Source: Gnetum montanum
Taxonomy: Eukaryota; Plantae; Gnetophyta
Length of the DNA stretch: 64,000 bases
Assembly (NCBI GenBank): GCA_015680685.1
Contig: MNCI01002059.1
Location: 4,576 to 68,575 of the forward strand
Reading direction: 5' to 3'
Shown: one piece after another, positions 40,559 to 53,760 of the stretch
Layout of the letters: the number at the start of each line of letters is the position of its first letter
Position numbering within the stretch: position 1 is the stretch's first letter
Position numbers and translations under genes: made by a program
The notes under the pieces: model-generated
What the model was told of the DNA's origin: nothing
Seen by the model: the letters and a program-made list of their open reading frames with translations, nothing else
The model's database searches: none

Positions 40559-42239
40559 CTAGCATAATTAGAAATTTTTGGAGCCTTAACCTTAGTATTG
40601 ATAAAAAAAGAATCTTTATCCAAAGTCATAGTGCTCATCTTGCTAAGTAGGATCTCAAAAATATTAGTAGATGAGTGAAAGCTTAACCTATTTGAGTCGT
40701 TGCACCTAGGCTCAAACCCATGTCTTCAACTTGAGAAACAAGCATCTTACCAACACTTTGAATGATGGTCCCTTTTAGCTTCATTGTGGAAATTACCAAA
40801 ACTCCTTAATATAGTGGGAACACATTAATTCTCCACCCTTAAAAGTGGTCCATCCTCGGATTCACTAGCATCGTCCAAGACTATTTCACATTCTATTTTT
40901 ATTTTAACAAGAAAAATAATTTAATTTATAAAATTGGGTTATTTCCTCAATAAATCATGGGGTATTGCCTCATTGTTTGAGAACATTGTTGTATTTTTGT
41001 AACATTTTGGCCACTAGTGAAGTAAAATTTGAATTAAGAAAGAAATTTAATTATGTGGTAAAATCGAATCAAGCTTCAATGTACAACATTATTGGCCAGT
41101 TAATGCTTTAACAATATGGAAGAAGGTAACACGATGTATCACTTTTGAGAAAATAAGAAATGGCTTAGCATTATTTATGGCATGTATTAATAGTTCAATG
41201 CAAAAAGATATTGAGGTCAAACTTTGAAAAAAATTTAAATGGCTAGTTTATAATGGTTTTATTAGCATAAAAATAGCATCAATGGAGTTTAAATTCCTAA
41301 GAAGGTTTCAAGCTCAAGTTTTAATGGGAGATAAAAAGATTGTTTTTAAGATATAAATAGTGATCCATAATAGTTATATGGCATAAACATGAGGTTCAAA
41401 AATGAAATTTTTATTTGGTTAAAGTATAGGATTAAAGGTGTGCGCAATTTTGGCACAAGTTGTTTAGAAAGAACTATGAAGGTATAGTAAGTCTAGCCCA
41501 AATAATCCTAGCTCATGAATTAGGAGAAAATTTATTTGGCCAAGTTAGTTCATGCATTGAATACTCAATAAAAATATTGGCCAGGATGAAAATCAAAATA
41601 GGAAAAATTCCATTCATCTTATTTGCAAAGTGGAGAAAATTGATTTCATCCCAATATAAAGAGCTAGATCTACAAGTAGAAAATCAACAGTTTTTTCCCT
41701 AAGATAAAAGTTTATTTTCAAGAGGTCTCACATTAAAACTCTAGATGAAAACAAAAATTTTTATCTAGCCAATATGCAAAATGAAGATTATGTTGTTATT
41801 TGACAAAGAAAAATATGGGATTGGATCAACACACTATAATGACATCATTTGTTAAAGTCAGAATTTTCTAACTTGTGAACTAGGGGAAAATGAATTTGTT
41901 CCAATTCACATTTTGAAATGAGATAATGGCCATAAGATATGAAAAATAGGAAAGCATTTAACTTAGGTTAACAAAGATCAAATGGATATGTGAATGGCCT
42001 AAAATTTGAAGTGGGGAAAAAAAAGTTTTGACCCCATATACAAATTGGGATAAAGTTAATTTTCCCTAGCTTAGATCATTGAGGAAGGATGAAATTGGCC
42101 AAAATATGTTCTCTTCTATTAACTATTCCATCAAAATAGATTTTCTCTAGTTTGCATAGATAAAGTCACATGAATTTTCTATTGTGAATTTTGAGATGGA
42201 TATCATGATTGGAATCATGTTGGACAAACTAAAAAAAAA

Positions 42240-43000
42240 ATTCCAATTTTTCCATTTTTCTATTTGAGGAAGTTTTATTTTGTTAAATTTACTATTTGAT
42301 CAAGTTCCATGTTTTCCATTTCACTATTTGGTCAAGTTTTGTTTTCTCCATTTTACTATTTGGCCAAGTTTGATTTTTTCCATTTCACTATTTGACCAAG
42401 TTCCATTTCATCCATTTCACAATTTGGCCAAGTTCTATTTTCCCCATTTAACTATTTGACCAAGACCCAATTTCATTATTTTAGTTGAAGTAGAGAAAAA
42501 TCCATTTTCCCCATTTTGCTTTTTGGCCAAAATGCATTTTACCAATTTCAATTAAATTGGAGAAAAACCCATTTTCCACATTTCAAATGAACCAAAGAAA
42601 AACTCATTTGCTCCATTTTGCTATTTGGCCAAAACTTGTTTTTCCCATTTCAGGGAGAAAAACTGATTTTTTCCATTTTATTATTTGACCAAAACCTACT
42701 TTTCCCATTTTAGCTTAACCAAAGAAAAATCCATTTTTCCCATTTTACTATTTGGCAAAAACCTATTTTCATCATTTTAGTCGAATAAGAGAAAAATCCA
42801 TTTTCTCCATTTCTCTATTTGATAAAAGCCCATTTTCCCCATTTCAGCCAAATTAGAGAAAAACCCATTTTTTCCACTTGGCCAAAACTTGTTTTTCCCA
42901 TTTTAGCCAAACTAGAAAAAACTAATTTGGCCCATTTTACTATTTGGCCAAAACCCATTTTTCCCATTTCATCAAACTAGAGAAAAACTCATTTAGCCTA
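42240..43000. repeat. Degenerate tandem array (~30-40-bp subunits)
   Basis: Recurrent TTTTCCCATTTT(A/C)CTATTTGGCCAA, later alternating with AGAGAAAAA-containing units. Confidence 0.85.
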
Positions 43001-45099
43001 AAGAAAACATCATCTCTCCTAATTCATAATTTGGGACAAATTTATTTCATCCAAGATTGAGCCAGGACATAGAAAAAGATATGAAAAAAATGGCCATTAT
43101 ACTACTTGCAAAATGGGCAAATTGAAATTTTCCTATTTCCTCGAATGATGAAGAAATGGCCATGTGGTAGTAATCTAATGACATTATAGAAATGGAATTA
43201 AGCTGATTTATCCAGAAAATGGTAGCAAAACACTAGTTGGTAGAGACCATTAGAAAGGTTTTCACAAAATTTTTGAAGATTGTGAAACCACACAAGATTG
43301 TTTGCAAAATTTGGCCTTTAAATCTTTTAGTTATAATATTAGGTAGAATTAACAAACAAGGTACAAATGCAAGACTTAGAGAAGAAGAATCCAAAACTAG
43401 AAAATGATCAAATATTTATTACTATTACCAATAACTATAGACCAATCAAGAATTATGAGCAAAATCATTTAGAATCAACACCAAGTCTAGAGAATCTGTC
43501 TTAATTCATGAGAAAATAGTTATCAAACTAGTTCATTTCATCCTTCAATGATGTTATGGCAAGGATCATAAATGAAGTTGAAAGAAGCTGATGGGCCAAA
43601 ACTAACATGGAAAGGACATTGTAGAATATCCAAGAATATGAGAACATAACTAATGCCATTGACATCACAAAATCAAATGATGACAGAGAGAAAAAAATAT
43701 TGTAATCATTTATTATCGTTGAAAAGAAGAAAGTGATTGAGGCATTATCACTATTATATAAGCAAATTTATCACATGAGACTTGTTTAATGAAGATGAAC
43801 ATGTCTAAGAATTCTTGATAGAAACTCTTCTTATAGTAGAGATCCAATAGCATCTAGCATATTTAAACTTCATTAAATATGCATTTGAAAAGGGAGTGGA
43901 CGTCAATTTATCCTAATAACTATTTTACAACTCCTTTATAGTTATAAATGATTCTTTACATTATAACCAATTCTTTTCAATTATAACTGATTAAGATCTT
44001 ACTATATAGAGCCAGGGCCTTTGGTAAAAAAAAGAAGGGGAAAAAATCAACAAAAAGATACTATTGGTGAATTGTGTACAATGGTATTTTGGAGTAAGAT
44101 TTGATTCAGATTTTTCCTCTAATCTATGAGCTATGATTATTTTTACTTTATATCATTTTTGCTTAGCTATGATAAAAATCATAGCACACCTTACAATCAT
44201 TTTTTGGATTTTTTTTGAATTGCTTATAATAGCCAAGGATTCAACAATTTTTGTTATCATTGATTGACCAGAATAACTTCAAATTTTTAGAGTGTTTTCT
44301 AATATTGATGATGGCTCATTTAAATGTTTAATATTTCATCCAATTCTATTGTTTTATGTCACAAAACTATTGAATGTCACTTTATTTCCAGTTTTCTTGT
44401 GAAATTTTCTTTAGGGAATATTGGTAGTAGATTTGTAGAATTGAAATTAAATATTGAAAGAAAGAATGATTGGTATAGCTAGCTCATTATCAATATTGTA
44501 TAGACTAGCTTTCTTTGATAAAAGTAGAAAATATTTTAACTCATAGAATAGAGTTTTTGAAAGCTAAATCTTTCTTTAAAGCTACTATTTGCTATTGAAA
44601 CTTCAAGATAGTATAAAATTTACATTAAGCATAAATTTGAAAACACCTTGCTCATACAAATTCTAAGTATTGTTTGGTGGTATCCAAGCCTTAGTGTTGC
44701 TAGAAACCAATAAGAACTAAAATTTGAGTTTGAAAGAATCCCTTGTCTAAGCTATTTTAGTTACTAAGCCTGGGACCACAACGTTGGCGATAGGAAGGAA
44801 GCCCAATGTGGTTCCCAAAAGTTTGCTTTGGAGCTAGAAGGAGGGATGAATTAAGCTTTTGTTCTATTCATGATTGAACATCTTGAGAAGTCTGGAAAAC
44901 TTGACAATCATAAGGAATATTCAAAATTTAAGATTAAGCCTCATCATAAGAAAAGAAAGAAAAGGTTTGTGAAGTAGGAACAAGTAGTGGAGTTAAAACC
45001 AAAAGAACTAGAACTTCACCTCTTTATCTGGTTTACTAGTCTTTATAATTATAAGGAAAAATTCTTGACATTCTATAACTAGAAGAAATTCCAATATGG

Positions 45100-46820
45100 A
45101 AAATCCACCACCAACAAATCCTTGGACATCCTTGAGATTTCCTAACTACAATGATATCCCTAAAGCAACTTACAAATATTTACTTGGTTAAAGGGTACAT
45201 TCATTTATTTGAGTTATCATTAGCACATGCAAATATCCAACACCAAAATCAAGCTTGTAGGTTTTTTGTAGCCAATCTGAGAGATATGGCTCAAATTTGG
45301 TATTCTAACTTGCCAAGCAATAACATTACCAATTGGGATGATATTAAGAATCTATTCATAGCTTAGTTTGATAATCAAATTGATCAACAATTGTACTTTG
45401 GATTACCTCAAATAAAATAAAACACAAAGGAATTAGTTAGGGAGTTCAACATTAAATTTCAAAGAATTTATGGTCTATTCCAACAACAATGCAGACCATC
45501 AGATGAAATTCTTAAAGAGATATTTTTTGAGGATTGTTAATCCAAATATTTTAATATGGTTGAGAAAAACTCCTAGTTTGAATACTTTAAATGATTTATT
45601 TATTAAAGCTATTGAATTAGAAAAATAATTAAATTTAACCAATAGTAAAAACATGCAACCCTTAAATGATAAACAAAAAAATTATAGTCTCTTTGCATAA
45701 TATGACTCAACTCAAAATGCTTCCTTACAGAAGTAAAGAATTAGGTGTAGATCTGCTAGATCAAGAGGAGAAGCAAGAAAAAATTAAAATTTCTTAAGGA
45801 TCTATCAAATAAAGTCATAAAATTACAAGAAGCTTTAGCCAAAGTGAAGATTTAGGAAGAGGAAAATCATAAAAAAAAATAGACATTATGAAGTTAAAAC
45901 AATGGATTCAAATGATGATGAAGCTATGGCAGCTTCAAACTTTCTAGATATTGAATGTAATAACAAAATTTTAGACATACATTATATCCATAAATATTCT
46001 AAAAGTGAAAGTTATTTATTAATAAATTTAGAAGATGATTCCTTGTTTGATGAAGAATGCAATAATAATGAAGGATATAATTTAAGGTTCAAAGAGAAAG
46101 AAAAAAATGACTTCTTCTAAATTCTCAAATAATATTCCTAAATCCACTACTAAGCAAAAGGCTTTTAAATCAAAAGAAAAACAAAAGAAGAATTAGAAAG
46201 ATCATAAAGAGAATGAAAACTCTTAAGGAAATGCATTGAATATCCAATTGTATAGGAGAAAGAACTTTTATGGTAAATAGGAATATGATTTAATAGAGGA
46301 TATTAAATTTATCAAAGCTAATATAAGTGTATATCAATTGATGCAAATGGATAGTCAGCAAAAGAAGGTCTTGAAAATGATTAAAGGAAAGAAGTAGGGG
46401 AATTTGAGACAAATGTTTTCTATGATGAGAATAAGATTAAGGAAAAATACCCATGTATACCTGATAAAGAAGCCCATCCTTTTCTCATAACAATCAAGTT
46501 AAATGGAAGTTATTTGCATAAGTTTTTGGTTGATTCATGAGTTTCTTCAAGTGTTTTGCTATTATGAATATGTAAACAACTAGGTCTCATAGTAGAACAG
46601 TCAAATAAAAAGACCATTTAGGTGGATAAAAGTAGAGTGAAAATTGTGGGATAGTTGGAAATTTTATTACTAAAATACCTTGTAAGCCCTATATTAAAAG
46701 TAGAGGAACAATTCAAATAGTAGATATTTTATATTCATATAGTCTTTTTTTGAGCTAAAATTGGAGCAAAATTCTCTCAGGATACATAGCCATTGATTAT
46801 TCACACATGTGGTTTCCATG
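45100..46820 (+). pseudogene. gag and protease of the Tat-like element
   Basis: HQNQACRFFVANLRDMAQIWYSNLPSNNITNWDDIKNLF; HPFLITIKLNGSYLHKFLVDS*VSSSV. Confidence 0.8.
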
Positions 46821-46944
46821 GAATGGGCAACCAAAACATATTTTTGTATATAGTAAACTCTTCATGCTAAAGATATTTTAGTAGAAGTGTGTTCTCTAAG
46901 ATAGATTTCTATTTTAAAGCAATCAAAGCAAGTAGAAGATAAGG

Positions 46945-47400
46945 AATGGAAATTATACTTTGATGATTCATGTAACTCTAAAGGATCTAGAGTTGGCATC
47001 ATTTTAATTAATGAAAACTATCAGATAATTTTTAGGACCATTCATTTATCATTTCCTTGTACTAATAATAGGAAAAATATGAAGCTTTGTATATAGGAAT
47101 TAAGATAGCTTTGGAAGAAGGTGTGAAGAGAATAACTATCAAAGATGATTTTAAATTTATGTGCAAATAGATTAAGGAAAATTATGTAGTAAAAAGTTTA
47201 TTTTAAAGACATTATAAGCAATTCACTTATAGTCTTATGGAAAAGTTCAAGAAATGCAAGGTTATCCACACTGCAAGAAATAAAAATCAACTAGTTCATG
47301 AATTGGCCATGGCAACATCTACTCTAGATCCTTCAAAAGTCATTGAATATGAAAGAGTTGTTATAGAAGTTGAGTATGAGCTATCTATCCTTGATAATAT
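46945..47400 (+). pseudogene. Additional (archaeal-type) RNase H, upstream of RT
   Basis: WKLYFDDSCNSKGSRVGIIL..CTNN..YEAL..GIKIALE..HTARNKNQLVHELA. Confidence 0.85.
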
Positions 47401-47779
47401 GGGACATTTTCAAATTTTGAAGATGACCAGAAAATCCTCACTTTTTTAAAAAATAGGAATCAATTTAAAGATAAATTTCTATCTACAAATGAAGCATTAA
47501 CTCAACTCAAGTCTAACTCTATTCCAAAGGAAATTGTTAGTTATGAATAAGAGTTTCATGAAAAATTGGTTAAAGTATTAGAGGTTCAGAATTCTGAAGA
47601 TCAAGCTTATCAAGCAATAATTTTAGGATCAAAAGATAATCCAAAGATATTAAATATAACCAAGAAAAGTAACCTTGTTTTTTTAACAAAAGTTACTGTT
47701 GTTACTCAAGAAAAACCTTGATAATTTTTATCGATCATATAATAACCTTGATTACTCATAAATTCTTTTGTTGGAAGCT

Positions 47780-50320
47780 TGTAAAGTAATACAACAAAAC
47801 CAAAGGAAATTTAACCTTATATTCAAACTTGCTATGCAAGTTGAAATAAAAAAGTTATTACAGGCTAAGATTATTTATCCCATTTGATATTCTATGTGGA
47901 TAGCTAATCTTGTATCTATAAGAAAGAAAAATGAAGATATTAGATTCTATGTTGATTGTAGAATTCTAAATGAAGCCTCAGAGAAAGATAGTTACCCACT
48001 TCCGAGAATTGATGAGATGTTAATCAAAGTTTTAGGATGCTAAGTTTCTTCATTCTTAGATGAATTTTTAGGATACAATCAGATCATGGTTCATAAATAT
48101 GATAGATAAAAAATAGATTTTAACACAAAATGAGTAACTTTTGCATATAAATGAATATCTTTTGGTCTTTCTAATGCTAGGGAAAGCTTTTAGCAAGCAA
48201 TGGACATTTGCTTTCGGAGGTATTATTGGAAAATTTTTGGTTATTTATCTTCATGATATTACTATATATTCATCTACAAAAGAGGATCATATAAGCCATA
48301 TTCAATATATTTTTAATATATTTCATAAATTTGGTATATTTTTAAACCCAAAGAAAAGTAATTTTGGAATAAAATTTGGAAGTCTTCTTTGACATGTCAT
48401 ATGTTAGAAAGGTATGACCATTGATAACTCAAGAATTGAAGAAATTCAAGGTATTGACCATTCAATAAATAAGAAATATCTAAGATATTTCTTTGAAAAG
48501 ATAAAATTTATCAAAAATTTTATCCCTGGTTTCATAGAAATTACTAAATTGTTAACATGATGCTCAAAAAAGATTGTGAAATCATGAAAATGCTAGAATC
48601 CATTAAATCTCTTGATGAAATCAAGGAAGCAATTAAAGAAGCACCTTATCTTACTAAGCCAAAATTAAAGGAAGATTTTTGGTTATATTCTTTTGCTTCT
48701 AATGATTCGATTGCTATTTTCTTAACTCAAAAGAGTAAAGAAGAAGATGAACTGATTGGATTTTTGAGGTATTAGCTTAAAGGATCTAAAAGAAGTTATA
48801 TGGAATAAAAAAAAGGTGTTTGCAGTGATTAAGATACTTATTCATTTTAAGTACTAATTGGAACAAGCATTGGTGCATATTATGATACTAGAGCTACTTG
48901 TGAGATAGGTTTTAGCTCAAAATGAAATGGCTTTAAAAAGAAAAAACTAGATTGCAAAAAACTAGCAATTCAAATTCTCACTTAAGTAATATAAAATAGT
49001 AAAAGGAATGGGTTTAGCTAAGCTTATGGCTAAGGATCCTGAATAATTTGTATTAAATGTTTTTGAAGAAAATTGGTTTAATGATATTCATAATTTTCTT
49101 TTTCTCAAAAAAATACCAATAAATTTAAGTAAGAGTCAAAAAAGGAATTTTATCAAAAAAGCTAAGAAATTCATCATTAAAGATGTAACTTTATTCAGAA
49201 AAGACTTTAGGGGAGTACTTCTGGAATGCATTAGAAATGATTAGATCAAACTTATATTAAATCAATTTCATAATTATTCTAGATTATTCTTTGAGTCCCC
49301 AAAATCCAAAATGCATCATATTATGAGATATGGATTATATTGGTCAAAGATGTATCAAGATAGTAACAGTAAAATATAAAAGTGTTTGAAATTTCAAGTA
49401 CATGGCCCTAGATTAAGAAAAGCAAATGCTCCTTTAAAGCTAGTGATTGTTAATAGACTTTTTTAAAAATGGGGATATGACTTCATTAGAGTTATTACAC
49501 CTTTGAGAGTAAGGCATAGATTTATTCTCACACCTACTGATTATTTTATCAAACGGTTAGAAGCTAAAGCTCTAAGAAAATGTTTTGCTTACGATGTGAT
49601 TAATTTGTTAGAAACACATATATTAAACCAATTTGGAATTCTATAAGTGTTAGTTTTAGATAATGGATTAGTCTTTCGGTCTAAAGAATTTATTAAATGG
49701 ACCTCAAAAAAGTCAATTCTTATATTTTCTTATTCTAATTATTATCCACAAGAAAATGGCCTTGATAAGTAGACTAATAAGAAACTTATTTCTTATATTA
49801 AGAAGTTAATGAAGGAAGTTTAGGAAATTGGCATGAATATTTATCATTAGCATTATGGATTGATTAGATAAGATACAAGAAATCCATTAGCACTTCATCT
49901 TTTAATTTGGTTTATGAAAAAATTGCTCAAATAACCAATAAAATCATAGTCTTGGCCTTGAAATTTGTTCAGAAATACAATACTAAATAAGACAAAGATC
50001 AAACTCTTATGTCTTTGTTAATAATAAGAGAAGTGGAGGTAGAAAAAGATAGAGATAAAGTATTAATACATATTGTTCAAACTAAAAGATGATTTGACAA
50101 AAGAGCTGTTAAAAGAGTATTTAGGGAAGGTGACTTAGCCTTGCTTTGGAATCTTAAAAACAAGAGCAACCATGAAAAATTTTTAACGAAGTGGTTGGGC
50201 TCATTTATTATAAAACAACAAATGTATGATGACACCTGTAAACTTTCTACATTATATGGAAATGAACTCAAGATCCCATTTAATGTCATTCATCTCAAGC
50301 ACTACTTCAGACAACCATCT
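47780..50320 (+). pseudogene. RT, RNase H and integrase
   Basis: WIANLV..KKNEDIRFYVD, DSYPLPRID, VIYLHDITIYS, FWLYSFAS, KWGYDFI, YYPQ.NG, KWLGSF. Confidence 0.9.
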
Positions 50321-51539
50321 TTAATGCATTATAATTAGAAAATAAACATGATGTTTGATTGTAAATATTGTACATAATCTTCAATAAAGGTGCACAATCT
50401 AAGAAGAGGTGGGAGATAACTAAATAGAAAAGACTCCAATGATTGAGGTTTATTTATATAAAGTTACAAGTAATTGAAGAAGTGCAATAAGGGCTTATCT
50501 AGTCACATAGTCTTTCAATTAGAAAGGAATTACCATTTAGGAAGATGAAGGATTTAAAGATGAGGTGTTTCATTGAATTTTTAGTTGGTTGTTGTGTAGA
50601 GCACATGAGCATATCATAATATGTTAGGGATTGGTGCATCAACAAATGATCCCTATGCTAATTGGTTGTCACAAGAATTTTTCTTCCTATCTAAAGGTGA
50701 AAGTATTCTTGGTTTTGGATGGAATGGTTACACAAAAGGTCAAAGCATTATACCTTTAGTAAGCTAACCTTTGTATTGAAATACATCTATTTTAGGTAAC
50801 CGAGATTTCAACTTAGTTAATATTAAAAAACAATTCAACAAGTACCACTTGTAGGATGCCTAATACTAGCTTAAAACAAGTTAAGGAAAAATGGGAATTT
50901 ATTTCCCCATCATCTTCTATAAAACTAGAAGAAGAATTGATAGAAGAAGAGGCCCTTAATATAGATATAGTAAGAGAACTAGGAGAAGGTTCAATGATGG
51001 TTTAGAGACACCTCTTCTGATCCCCTTATACTACCCTACATACTATGTGTCTTTTTGTGTTAATTTTGTTGAGGATGATTCTTGGCTGTTTTGACATGTT
51101 TCAGAGTGTTTTTGGCTCATTTTAATGAGTTTAGAAGGTTATAAGATCTATGGGGACTTTTTTGTAGACATCCTAAGACCAGAGTAGATGTCTACCAAAA
51201 ATAGTAGACATCTCTTATAAAAGATGGATTTTTGCAGGAGACATGCTAGCATAGCCAAAGATAACCCAAATGCATAGGGAAACTTCTGAAAATGCCTATT
51301 CCAATTTGGGAAATAGCCAAAGAAAGATGGAAATAGCCAAGAAGAAAGTAAGAAGACTTGGAAAACAACTAGAGAACCTCAAGTTGAGTTGAGGAAAGAT
51401 TTATAGGATTTTCACCTTTTGGTTGCTTATAAATATTGATGTAGTTTACCATTGTTAGTGCAGAAGTGCCAAGTGTTGTAGTGTCAAGGGTCAAAGTGTA
51501 AATGCTAAAGACCAAACATCCCAATAGAGGATAAGAGAA

Positions 51540-51665
51540 AGAGCTCTTTAGGGAAGAGAGTTTGCACAAGAAGAGAGCTTGTGCAAGGAAGAAGAGCTTT
51601 TGCAAGAAGAGAGCTTGTGCAAGGAAGAAGAGCTTTTGCAAGAAGAGAGCTTGTGCAAGGAAGTT
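51540..51665. repeat. Purine-rich tandem repeat in the LTR (AAGAAGAGAGCTTGTGC-type units); also at 54455-54545
   Basis: Directly visible in both LTRs, with different copy numbers. Confidence 0.85.
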
Positions 51666-52114
51666 GAGTAAAAGGTAAGGGAGAGCACTTGAGAGAGGTT
51701 AGGAGAATCTATTATAAGTGTCTTGTCTTGAGCTTGGTCTTCATTGTAAGTAATTGAGGATTAATAGAGGAAAAGTGTGGTCTCTAAGATGCTTGGAAGA
51801 GTTGTGAGTTGAGCTTGGCTCCTCATCTTTGATGTATTTTCTATGTATTTTGAGAATTATCTTAATATAAGGGAGATTTTCTTCATTTTATTATGTTATT
51901 CTTAATTTCTAAGCTAGATCTGCTTGGAAGTCATGGATTGGATCCTATTGGGATCTATTGAGGTGCAAACCTCCTACAATAGATTGGTATCAAAGCTAAG
52001 GTTTGGAGGTTTTCACACTTCTATGTTGAAGCTTGGTATTTTCTTTGAATGAAAAGAACATTTTTGTGGATATTTATTTATTTGATTTTGGATATCATTC
52101 TTGTTTCTTTAGGT

Positions 52115-53760
52115 ATGGGTCGAAAAAATAAGACATATTAAAAGCTTAAACAAGAGCTTTAAGAGCTTAAGAATTTCTTTAAAGATTTTGTGGCTAAAAT
52201 GTAAGAAGTTATTCCCAAAGTAAAGGTCAACAAGAACCAAGATTTAGTAGAAACTTTAGAAAGGGATGTGGAGAAATTTAAGACTAACATGGAATATATT
52301 TTGAGCAGAATTAATAAAATATCTTCTAGCCATCAAGTAGGGAAGGAAGATAAAGGGTCTGGTAAGGTAAAGATGAATGAGAAAAGGAGTTCTCAAATAT
52401 CTCTTATTGAGCAAGGGAGTTCTCAATACTTAAGGATTTCAAGGGAGGAAACCAAGAACTTCATAAAAGGGACCAAGATATCTTCAAGATCCAAGATGGT
52501 ATATGCTACTGATTAAGGAGAGTTCCTACCTCATGAGTCATGGGAGGCGAAAGATCAAAGCCAAAGGAGTGGCAAAGATCAAGGGATTTCTTTAAGACGG
52601 ATCAAGGATAGCACTAGAAGGTATGATACTCATTCTTTTTGTAATTATTCTATACCTTATGATAAGGAAAAGAATACTCTAATTCAAGTTGAGACTATCT
52701 CATGGGAGAGAGGTGAGTCTTCTAGCCAATGTATGTGAAAGAATAATTACTTGAATGATGTTTTTGATGAAACTGATGTTACCACTATGGAGGAGAGTTT
52801 ACCTTTTGATTTGGTATCTCAAAAAGTAGGATGAAGCTTGTTGATGATTCCTTTGAAGAGGAGAAGCCATTGAAGTTAGGACCTCTTATTTGGAATCTTA
52901 AACCTTCAAGCTTTAAGGAGATTGTACAACCACATGTTGAAGATCAAATTGAATCAAAGGTGAATGGGAGAAGCCATGAAGAGATAACTAAGATTGAGCT
53001 TGACCTTGTTGATGATAGTAATGTCTCTCATGTTGAAGCTAGTGTGATGGATGCTAGATTTTCACTTCAGCCTAATGGTGGCTTATTCAATGGTAATGAT
53101 GAGCATTGTGATCATTGTGGTGATTGTCATGAGATTAAGAGTCATATTATGAATTTTGATGTCATTGTTAATAAGAAGAAGACTAATAATGATAATTTAT
53201 TTGATGATGATGGCTATTGAGATAGCCATTGTGGAAAGGTCATTATTGATGTAAGTGAAGACATTGATAATGATATGATTTTCTAGAATTTGGAGATGCT
53301 TGCTATTGATTATAGCAATGATAAATTTATGAAGTATGATGATGGATTTGATTGTCTTGGCTGTAAAATGAAAGTGTAGCATGAAGGTAATCTAGATGGT
53401 GGTGATGAAAGGAAGCTAAGTGGTAGTCTTACAAACACTAATAAGAAGAAGGTAAAGAAGAGGACAAAGAAGCAAAGAAAAAATGTTGGATTAAGAAAGC
53501 CTAATAATTTTTCCTTTTCTTATTCTTTATTTATTATGAGTTTGAGTCATCATGGGGATGCAAGGGAAGAATTCCAAGGAGATGACCAGATGAAGGAAGC
53601 ATGGTGGGGCATGAGGACAAGCCTCCATGAGTAAAGAAAGCTCAAAGCCAAAACCTCAAATGATATTTATTCCCATGTTTATAATGTATTAAGTTATGAT
53701 TATTATGATGGCCTTGACTCATGGGGGCATGGTGCCTTCTAGCTTATGAAAGGTCATGAG
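52115..53760 (+). pseudogene. Degenerate acidic ORF of unknown function
   Basis: ORF pieces 52268-52516 and 52831-53220 in a purine-rich, coding-like tract. Confidence 0.4.

Larger units (their letters stand above)
40987..50330 (+). mobile_element. Tat-like Ty3/gypsy element with a long putative LTR; 3' end not identified
   Basis: Candidate LTR TGTTGT(40987)..ACAACG(44783); PBS-like TGG..AGAAGGAGGG; domain order gag-PR-aRH-RT-RH-INT. Confidence 0.7.

Noticed and set aside
42240-43000. CRISPR-like array
   Set aside because: Units are degenerate, there are no unique spacers and no cas genes, and the context is eukaryotic.
43888-43910. PPT-like AAAAGGGAGTGGA suggesting a shared-LTR tandem element
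   Set aside because: No convincing TG terminus matches the LTR end; TGTTGT at 40987 fits better. Not fully excluded.
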